64,000 nucleotides of DNA from a bacterium (GTDB lineage Bacteria > SAR324 > NAC60-12): assembly GCA_965205865.1 (NCBI GenBank), contig CBDBHR010000003.1, positions 32,001 through 96,000 on the forward strand, in the 5' to 3' direction. Shown one piece after another: positions 49,271 through 58,456 of the stretch (positions within the stretch are counted from its first letter, which is position 1; every line of letters begins with the position of its first letter). Below the pieces are notes generated by a model. The model was given only the letters and a program-made list of their open reading frames with translations. It made no database searches and was not told the origin of the DNA. The translations under genes and the position numbers were made by a program.

Positions 49271-50090
49271 ATCGGGATAGGAAGGGGTTTTTCTCCCCTC
49301 CCTCCCACCACCCCGCATACGGGTCCGTACGGGGCGATTCCCAAAGAGTGTCGGGCCGTAGCCGGACCAGATTCGCAACTACAAACCTGTACGTTTATTC
49401 GTCCCACAACGCACCTATTTTAACCTGAGTTCGAGATAAGAATTTAATAAATTCAATATGTTATGGAATCTTCATATCTTAGAGAAACCTTGTCATTCCT
49501 GCAAAGCTTGTCCCTGCGAAAGCAGGGAGCAGGAATCCAGAGATATGTAGTCAGACTGAAATCCGGATCCCCGCTCCCCGCTTTTGCGAGGACAAGTTTC
49601 GCGAGGATGACATATAAACCAGGATACTCATATTATTGAAGATTTATGTCGAACTCAGGTTATTTTAATCATCTCCACCGGTCGGCTTCATCGATGTACA
49701 GAGCTTATGGGATAGAGCGTTCTCTTGGGTTCGGGCCTTCACTCTCAAGGAGCTACTATGCCCTCGGCTGAATTCTGACCGCCCTTCGTTGCCGATTACT
49801 CGACACCGCGCTACCTGAGACAAACGAGAAGAAGGAGAGTGATGCGCAAGAGAGGAATAAACCGACCGCATCACGATCAGATCTCCCCGGCTAAGAGCAT
49901 GAACTTTCCTTACGCAATCGCGGCATTTACCATCCTCCTTAATCCGAGTGGACATCGCGATGTTGCGCATGCTCGCCCCGAAGTTCAGCCTTATATGCTG
50001 TTTCTGTCCGTCGACTCGTAGGTTTGCGCTCAGGCTTCCTCCGCACGGCTCGTCACCTCCCCGCACTTGCCCTCGGCCAGTACTTTTTTT
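49271..50090 (-). ncRNA. Group II intron ribozyme, class IIC-like, ORF-less and 5'-truncated
   Basis: Minus strand: DV GAATCGCCCCGTACGGACCCGTATGCGGGGTGGTG (CGC triad), DVI ending CCTATCCCGAT. DI-DIII motifs GAGGAAGCC...GCAAACC, CTTAGCCGGGGAGATCT, TCAGCCGAGGGCATAGTA, GAAGGCCCGAAC. Confidence 0.8.
49423..49660. mobile_element. MITE with IS982-like ends (copy 2), inside intron domain IV
   Basis: Same ends as copy 1; 7-bp target duplication TATTTTA; central GTCATTCCTGC...GGATGAC REP-like hairpin. Confidence 0.85.
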
Positions 50091-50577
50091 ATAGTTGTAT
50101 TATTGGTCATTTGGTAGACAGGTTTGAGTTTGTTGATAATTTCTTCGGCAGTTTTAGTCCAGACATAGGGTTTTGGGTTGCGATTGTGTGTCTCGATGTA
50201 ACTAATGGCTTCGGTCAACTCGAGCACGCTTTTGAAGGCGCCTCGTCGAATCCGTTCTGCAGTGATCTTGCCAAAAAAGCGTTCCACCATGTTCACATGA
50301 GGAGGAAGTAGGAATGAAATGCGGGTATATTCTTTCACCTTAAGATGTTTGTGGGTGGCGTAATTGTTCAAGTGTACCTGCAGTTGCTTCGAGGTAGTCT
50401 TGTCAATCGAGCACTTCCCCTGTCTGCGTATTCAAAGCATAGGTGCCATGTACAGCTCAAGGGTACAAACCGATGACATCTTTCACTTATCATCACTGCC
50501 ACGCCCATGAGATCATCATTGAGACCTGTTATTCCTTTTTCAGCGTTTTGCAATTTCCCATGCGGCGGTTTTGCACG
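50091..50577 (-). pseudogene. Heavily deleted IS630 transposase remnant
   Basis: 50100-50297 is nearly identical to 23553-23748; fragments NYATHKHLKVKE and NMVERFFGKITAERIRRG. Confidence 0.8.
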
Positions 50578-51862
50578 CTTTATGACGCGGTGGACATGGT
50601 CATTTTGTCGGTGGTCGGCATTGTTGGTGGCGCCCGTTGATTCGTTCGATTGTGACAGTTTGGAACGACCGTGTTTTGAGTCAGCGGTTGGCTGAGGATT
50701 CCGGATGAAACCACATTCGGCCGGATACTGCGTACTTTCACACAGAAAAACATCAATGAGATGGAGAGCTTGAACCATCGGATTCGAGCCGGTATCTGGC
50801 GTAAGGCGCTTCGAAGTGGGACAAGCATCGTTGGGGTGTTACACTGTCTTGTGATTGACGTGGACTCCACTGTGAAAACAGCCTACGGCAAGCAGCAAGG
50901 AGTGTCTGTCGGATATAATCCACACAAACGCGGTGCAGCTTTATCATCCTTTCCATGGTCATTTTGCCCCGAGACAAGCTGATTCCAGGGTTGGCTTCGT
51001 GATGGGAGTGCCTATACCAGCAATGGAGTCGTTGAATTCATGCGGAACTTCCGCTCATAAATCGGACTGCACTCTGTTTCGCTGGAGACTGTATTTGCTG
51101 GATTTCCTCGAAGAATGAGGCCATGGCTATCTGATCAAGGTCAAAATCAAGGGGCTTGTCTCGTTGTTGGAAACCCAATAAATGAGCAAAAAGTGAATCA
51201 GCCCGCTTGGGAAGGGTGTGAGTTTTCCCACCCTTGGAGGAGGTCAGAAAATTCATGGCCGTACGCAGGGAGAAAGAGGAGGAACTCAAAGGGATGGCCA
51301 CCCTCTTTGAGATGTACGATTATTTTTGTTATGTTCTCACTGACGCGCTCACTCCCTGGCAGGCTCACAAAGAGTATGGCCAAAGGGCGGTCGCTGAGAC
51401 ATGGATTGAGGAAGCAAAAAATCAAACTGCGCTGGCTCAGATTAAAAAAAAGAAATGCGCGATACTCGCTTACAACACGCTGCGCTATGGCCCTTTGTAG
51501 TGGTCAGCAATAAACCGGCCACCATGCGATCTTGTCCGAATGGCAGGAAAATGGACGAGTGGCGCTCGTCAACAAAAACTGAGAGTTAACTTTACAAAAA
51601 GATGGGTCGCTGTTGGAGAGACCTAGATCCTTTGTTTCACTCCAGTGGATACATTTTCTGAGATGTAGATTCCCAAATCCAGGGAGAAGTACGTCATCTT
51701 GTGCCCGGAAAGCGGGTATCATCATCACAAAATATGACGATCTAATGGAGAAAAACCTTTATGAGCAAGGACTGATGGAAATTCAACTCTCAAATCCTTT
51801 TTTTTAAAAAAACCTCTCAAAGACGTGGGGGGAAACTCAATCAAAATATTCCAGGATTTAGG
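50578..51862 (+). pseudogene. Degenerate copy of the IS1380 element (left end missing)
   Basis: Collinear with 25094-26513 but with many small indels; ends CAGGATTTAGG. Confidence 0.9.
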
Positions 51863-52160
51863 TAGTATACTTTTCGGATAATGTACAGGGGACTCACACA
51901 ATTGCCGGGCACGCACAATTGGATCCAGCTTAGCAGGGGATTGGCGCTTTTTTCAAAATTATCAATAAATTGTGAGTTTATCTCTTTTTCCATGGTCATC
52001 GTCCCCCGGCAAGCTGATCCAAAACGTTGGAATCATAAAAATGACTGCATGAACCCCATAAAAAGACTGATTGCGCTACTGTAGAAAAATGACTGCGGAA
52101 GGTAAAATAAGGAACGGAGAAAAACTGCAATAATTGAGAAAAAAGGAATCATTCCCAAAA

Positions 52161-52439
52161 ATGAGTAAACGAAAAAGAAAACTTACTTATGTTCAGAAGG
52201 CAGAGAAAAAACGTAAACAAAAAGAATTCATGACTGTCTTTATCAATGGAAAGCAAAAGAGAGTAAAACGTCCCCCAACAATTGATGGAATGGACGTTGA
52301 TGAATTTATATTGAAAAATGCCGATCCCATCTGGTTGCATCAAAATGAAATGTGGGAGTATATTGACCAAAACGAATCAGATCTTGATTTAGATGAGCAA
52401 ACAAAAAATGAAGAAAAGACAAAAAACGAGATCAATTAA
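52161..52439 (+). CDS. Small hypothetical protein
   Basis: MSKRKRKLT...FINGKQKRVKRPPTIDGMDVDEFILKNADPIWLHQNEMWEY: basic N-terminus with a globular-looking core. Confidence 0.65.
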   Translation: MSKRKRKLTYVQKAEKKRKQKEFMTVFINGKQKRVKRPPTIDGMDVDEFILKNADPIWLHQNEMWEYIDQNESDLDLDEQTKNEEKTKNEIN

Positions 52440-52551
52440 GACTTTTTTTTGTGCCTTTTTTTTTCCAGTTTACAATTTGTCATTTCCTTGGGCAGTCCCC
52501 CCGCAGGAGAGATCTTATCTTCAATTCTAATTTATACATATTGGCTGAAAA

Positions 52552-53250
52552 GTGATGTCTAAAAGAGGAACAAAACATAAGAAGGATTCGCAAAAACGAA
52601 AAGTAAATAAAAAAAAGCTGCTCTCTCCACATTCTTTTAGTCCATTACCAAACGAATTGTTCCTGTCAAAATATGAGATTACAGATGAACCCCTGGAAAA
52701 TAAATTTCCTCCGGAAATCAAAGATCAAGCAGAAACTCTTTATGAGCAGGCTCATTCATCTCCTGAGGAGGCCTTGCTCCAATTAGAAGAACTGATCGAA
52801 AATTATCCACAAATTCCTCAACTTCACAATTACCTGACGCTTGCATACTCCAGACTTGGAAAATGGGAAGAAGTTGATGAAATTATCATCAAAAATTATG
52901 AGAGACATCCTGCGTATTTATTTGCTAAATCCAATTATGCGAGACTCTGTCTACGTGATGGAAATGTAGGACAAATTCCAACAATTTTTAATCATCAATT
53001 TGATCTGAAATTATTATACCCAATACGAACAACGTTTCATGTTTCGGAAGTAATAGTTTTTTTCGGAGTAATGGGAGAATACTTTTTGAAAATAGGACAA
53101 AGATCTGCTGCTGAATTATGCTATCAGGCGCTTCACCAAATTGATTCACGTCATGAACAAACCAGAGTTTTTAAGAAAAAAATTTATCCCTCGATATTTT
53201 CAAAGTTATTACACAAATTACCAGGGAGTTCATATGAACGAATTTATTGA
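52552..53250 (+). CDS. TPR-like helical repeat protein
   Basis: LEELIENYPQIPQLHNYLTLAYSRLG...HPAYLFAKSNYA TPR-like pattern. Confidence 0.6.
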   Translation: MMSKRGTKHKKDSQKRKVNKKKLLSPHSFSPLPNELFLSKYEITDEPLENKFPPEIKDQAETLYEQAHSSPEEALLQLEELIENYPQIPQLHNYLTLAYSRLGKWEEVDEIIIKNYERHPAYLFAKSNYARLCLRDGNVGQIPTIFNHQFDLKLLYPIRTTFHVSEVIVFFGVMGEYFLKIGQRSAAELCYQALHQIDSRHEQTRVFKKKIYPSIFSKLLHKLPGSSYERIY

Positions 53251-55517
53251 TTTAATGGAAAAAGTCGAAAATCCAGGAACATTTTCCGTAAGTGGAAAGT
53301 TGACTTCTATCCCTCCCGGGCTCAAAGTCAAAGGTTTGGGAATTGTTTCTCTACCCCTTCTTGCGCATCAAGCAAAAGCACTGATTAAGATTAGTGAGCA
53401 AGCTCCTTATGGACGTGGAGAAGACACGATTGTAGATACAAATGTTCGAAATGTTTGGCAAATCTCTCCTGAAAATTTTGAGCTGATCAATCCCCAATGG
53501 GAGGAGGCTCTACAAAAATCCATCAATCAGATAGGAAAGCAATTGGGTTTGCACGGATGCGAAATTGCTTTTGAACAGTACAAGCTTTTAATCTATGAGA
53601 AAGGATCATTTTTTAAATTACACCGTGATACCGAAAAAATACCTAATATGTTTGCGACTTTGGTGATTAACTTACCTTCTGAGCATGAAGGAGGCGAATT
53701 GATTGTAAGTCATGGTAGTCAAAGTCATCGTTATTCATTTGCTGATAATGATAGCTTCCATCTTGGATTTTTTAGCCTTTTATGCTGACTGTTATCATGA
53801 AGTCAAGCCATTAACTTCCGGCTATCGAATATGTTTGATTTACAACCTCGCTATTGCGAATAGACAGGTACAACCTCTATTATCTCAACAATTAAAAATT
53901 GTTGAGGATGTTAGTAATGCCATACAAAAATGGACACAGGAAAATAAGGAAAACCCCATTTTAACCTATTTGCTGGAGCATGATTATTCAGAGGAAAACC
54001 TTTGTCTCTCTAATCTTAAAAACGGAGATTTTGCAAAAGCCTCTGCTCTATTAAACGCAGCGGAAAAAAATGGCTGCCAAGCATTTTTATGTTTAGTGAC
54101 CTATTATCGGACAAGTTATGGAGAAACAGTCTATTATGACCGGTATTCTCATAAAGATGATTTGGATGAAGATGATTTTGAAGAATATGATGTTGATGGC
54201 GAAGAAGTTTATGCGCATTATTTTATGACCTCTAAGGGGGTAAAAATAAATATAGAAAAATTACATTTAGAAGAAGATGAGCTACTCGCAAAAATTCCTT
54301 TACTTGATGGGCCTGGACGAGATTTCTCTATCTCGGAAGCAAGTGGTAATGAGGGAGCAACCAAGGAACTCTGGTATCACCGAGGTGCTGTGATCATTTG
54401 GCCAAAGGATCGAGATTTGGACATGATCACAAAAATGGATATCAATTATGGGATACATTATTTAAAAAACCTTCTTAAAGAACAGGATTTATGGGAAGAG
54501 GATCATCGTCAAAAAATAATTCGATTGGCAGAATATATTATCGAAGATCAGCCTCGCTATAGTAAGGAAGATATTTCACAAGAGTTAATTGCAATTGGAG
54601 ATGTTGAGCTGCTCCAAAAGTTTATTCATAGGCAGATGAGTTATCACGATCTAAGTCTCGTCGATGTTCAAACATTTATACAGATTCTAGAGCGTTTTGG
54701 TTGGCAATACTTTGAAGAAGATATTTGCACTAGTTTGACCTCTGAACAGGACCTTTATCAATGGAATGTCGACAAACGGGACGTTATTCCATGGATGAAC
54801 TCCCTACTACTCGTAAAAAAATCTCTTTCCAGTGAAGGTCAATCTGTCATGAAAAAATGGGTTCATGCATTTTGGAAATCGTCATTGGAGTATCGCCTGA
54901 CCAAAGGGAAAATTGCAAATATGTTACAAATTGTTTCTTTGCTTAAAATTCATGCGTTAACAGATGAGGTCATTGAGTTTTTATCTTTCCAAAAGCAGCC
55001 TTCTTTTCTTACCGCTACTTATGGCCCGGCTTTAGTGAGTGCCCACAAGAAGCTTAAAGGGTATGACTATGATCGGGTGATCATGAAAAAATTTGTTGCG
55101 AATGTACTCCAACGGATTCAAATAGATTTTCCATCTCCTCCAAATCAACCAAAAGATTGGTTTCGTGAGGGAAATTTGAAATGTAATTGTCAATTCTGCA
55201 CTCGCGTTAATCAATTTTTACCTGATCCTGCGCAAAGTGAAATCAGTTTTTACAAAACATTAAAACGAAATATGACCCATATTGAATCTGAGATTGAAAA
55301 GAGCAAAGTTGACCTGGATATTGAAATTATTCGATCCCCTCCTAAGTTTCAAGGAACCTGCAGGAAGAATCAAAATAGATACGAAAATAAACGTCAATTA
55401 TTTGATAGTGCTCAAAAAATTGTGAAAGAATTACAGCTTGATAATAATTCTATCGAAACCTGGATCTTGAAGGATTCATCGAAAATTAGGTGTCTTGGTC
55501 AAACAGTTTCAAAATGA
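53234..55517 (+). pseudogene. 2OG-Fe(II) oxygenase-domain protein, frameshifted at T6 run 53768-53773
   Basis: YKLLIYEKGSFFKLHRDTEK...HEGGEL in one frame, AFYADCYHEVKPLTSGYR in the next; removing one T joins them. Confidence 0.82.
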
Positions 55518-55809
55518 GAAAAATAGGTCTGAAAAATGCAGAAAAATGATTTTCAGAATGCAGAAAAAAAACTTCTGAGCGGATACAATTCCAACAAATT
55601 GATTGACAGGGCTGTGAGACCCAGCAGGTTTTTCAAAGATTCTGCAAAATTTGGATTTATTCTTGTTTCCAACCATAGTCAGAGAGGTCTCACACCTGTC
55701 TTCATATGCGTTGTGCGACCTGCAAAGGCGCACATTGGGATAAGAATGACTGTTTCCCTCCCACCCGCTGGGCCGGAGGGAGGAACAGGAGCGGGTTTCG
55801 AAGGATTGC

Positions 55810-56204
55810 CTAGAAGCCCATTTCTTTCTTCAGCTCCTGGTCAATCCGGAGGCGGGAGAAGATGACCATACGATTCATACTTCCCAGCTGGACTTCACCG
55901 TTGTAGCCTATGACCCACGGATGGATCGCGTTGAACTTGGCAGGGTGAGGCCCCCAGACATACCCCTGCTGCTCGATCAGGACCATATCTGCCTGCCTGG
56001 CGTGCTTCATCTGCTCCTCGATGGTGGTCGCCGCTTCGACCGCTTCTATGATGGCGTCCAACTCAGAGTCCTTGATTCCGGAGAGGCTTCACATGGAGCT
56101 CGAGTGACCCCGCATGCGTATTAGAAAAGTCGCATCCCTATTCCAGCCAGCCACCGTACCTTGCATACCTTCCCAAGTCCGTTCGGTTATCAGAGTCATC
56201 ATAG
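55810..56204 (-). pseudogene. C-terminal remnant of a family-5 ABC substrate-binding protein
   Basis: DSELDAIIEAVEAATTIEEQMK...HPWVIGYNGE...FSRLRIDQELKKEMGF*; internal TGA at 56089-56091. Confidence 0.6.
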
Positions 56205-56290
56205 TAGGAAAATCATGGGCAAGCATGCTCCACTGATAACCCGTTTTCAGGACATACAAAATCGCATTGACGATGCTATGTTTGCTATGA
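56205..56290 (-). pseudogene. IS5-family (IS427/IS1031-type) transposase fragment
   Basis: HSKHSIVNAILYVLKTGYQWSMLAHDFP matches the conserved N-terminal motif. Confidence 0.7.
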
Positions 56291-56293
56291 ATA

Positions 56294-56509
56294 ACCTGAG
56301 TTCGAGATAAATCTTCAATAATATGAGTATCCTAGTGTATATGTCATCTTCGCGAAACTTGTCCCCGCGAAAGCGGGGAACGGGGATCCGGATTTCAGTC
56401 TGGCTGCATACCTCCGGATTGCCGCTTTCGCAGGAATGACAAGGTTTCTCTAAGATATGAAGATTCCATAACATATTGAATTTATTAAATTCTTATCTCG
56501 AACTCAGGT
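56294..56509. mobile_element. MITE with IS982-like ends (copy 3, inverted)
   Basis: ACCTGAGTTCGAGATAA...TTATCTCGAACTCAGGT; reverse complement of the copy 2 body; no target duplication left. Confidence 0.85.
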
Positions 56510-56513
56510 TAGT

Positions 56514-58191
56514 TAGTGCCTGACAGAAAAATACAATTTTACTAATAAGAGGTGTAGAATCCGCGAGAACATCTGTTTTTGAACAAGCCATATTTTAGAG
56601 AATTGAAGCTATTTTTCTTTGGGATCCCTAATTTTTTGTTACCCCCCTATTTTTGGACACTCACCCCCCCCTCCCGGCCTCCCCTCTTGTTTCAGAATGG
56701 GGAGTCACTCTTGGGTTCAGGCCGCTTTTTTGTAGGGTCCTCGTTTACGACGCTGCCGTTCTTTTTGTTGTTCACGCAGGACGGTGCCGAAACGGTGGAT
56801 GTTTTTTGCCAGCACAGCCAGAGCGACATAGCGTTCGAACCATGGTTTCGTTGAAGCGCACACTGCGGATGATTTGGCTCATGAGTTTTTCTGCGGAGCC
56901 CATGTACCCCCGCAAGCGTAGCAGTTTCAAAGAGGAGCGCACCCGTTTTTCCAAAAGTTCCAGGCTTGTCCGGACCCGCAGTTGATACCCCTTGGCCATG
57001 AGGACGTATTTGAGATATTCCTTGCGCCTCTTTTCTTCACGGGCACGCTTTATTTGCTCAACTTTCGAAGTGGAGGGCCTGAGCTTTTGGATGAGACGAT
57101 ACTGCTTTTTGAACTGCCTGAGGTTGAACCGATATTGTCGCTAGCTCTCCAACTGGCAACTCCGTGAAAGCCTGGCGCATTCTTCAAGCGTCTTGCGTAC
57201 GGCGTCGAAGAGCAGGTTGACGTCGGTCGGATAATGTACATTGGTTTCAACCACAAAGGAGTCGCAGCGTGCACGTAGCGCCTTGCTTGAATCATGAAGT
57301 TCAATCTTCTTCTCCGTGCGAGTTCGGGTTGGCCCATCTTTTGGGGCGTTTTTTTTTTACCAGCCCATGTCCGGCTTTGACAACCAACTGATTGATCTCA
57401 TCGAGAATCTCAGGTGTGAAAAGACGCAGGTTATCCTTGATCGTCTGCCGGTTGTACGTCGTTTTGTCCTCCCACCCACCATGTCCGAGCATCTGCCGGA
57501 TGGTGTCGTGATGGTTAGCCAACTCATGGATGCGGTCGTAATAGGTGTTGAGACCCAGGCGCAGTACGCCAAGCACCAGAATCTTCCACTGCTCCATCCC
57601 AGGACGCCCAAGACGGGGGTCCGCTTTGCGATGCCTGTCTTCTTTGCTCAGGCCCGGACCGCTTCGCGAGGGGATAACTCGTTCCGGAACCTTGAATACC
57701 GATGCGCGTAATGCTGGCGTGGCGTATATGTATTGCAAACCGCGAAGGATAGGGGGGATGTCATCACGGGATTTTAGATCCAACTCGATGGCGGCAACGT
57801 CGACTTCGCCGAACTTCATCTGGGGGTCACGTATGGTGCGCATAATATTTCAAATCTTGAAGATTTACGGAAAAACGAAAGAAACCAGTCCGAAAATACT
57901 GTAACTGCAACGATTGACCCTTCATGCGAGCTGGCGCAAACTCGGGTTTTCTCAAATCTTCGCGTCACAAATATCAGTTTATCATCTTGATATAATTAAT
58001 GAAAGACTTTACATGATATTTAATGGTATTCACTTATTTTTAAGAAACGAAGATTTTGGAGAAACTCATAAAAATCCCATTTTTTGCTGATTTTGGCCAT
58101 CTGAACACTGCATCAAACCAATCTTCATCCTATGAAATTGAAGAATTATCATTTAATATCAGCAATTTGAGTATTTTTCGGCCAAGCACTA
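56514..58191 (-). mobile_element. ISNCY/IS5-like element with inactivated transposase
   Basis: IRs TAGTGCCTGACAGAAAAATAC / GTATTTTTCGGCCAAGCACTA. ORF 57843-57301 (SRDDIP, GRPGMEQWKILVLG) shifts at an A10 run to RCDSFVVETNVHYPTD, then a stop and an internal deletion before FERYVALAVLAKNIHRFG. Confidence 0.82.
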
Positions 58192-58456
58192 ATTAGTAAC
58201 TGTCCCCAGATTTTAGGAATCAACGCTCTTTAATATCTTCCTTGCATTTAATCAGAATCTTTGATATGATTCGCATTAAATCAGTTGAATTTGGCATGTA
58301 TTCGATTTTGCGTTAACTAAGTATTGATTTGTCGCTGTCGCGACAATGCTATCAGTGTTCAGCAACTGCGGCCCGCGTGGGGTTTTCAGTAATAAAAAAG
58401 ATCTAAAATACCAATAACTGACAGCTAAAAGCTCCTTCTATCTCAAAGGATTCCCC

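Noticed and set aside
56089-56091. TGA as selenocysteine in the SBP remnant
   Set aside because: The gene is a truncated fragment, the family has no catalytic Cys here, and no SECIS was recognised; TGG to TGA decay is likelier.
57349-57358. Functional programmed frameshift in the ISNCY transposase
   Set aside because: The downstream frame has a stop and an internal deletion, so no full transposase could be made from this copy.
58291-58312. Sigma54 promoter TTGGCA...TTGC upstream of the giant regulator
   Set aside because: GG to GC spacing is 15 nt, not the required 10.
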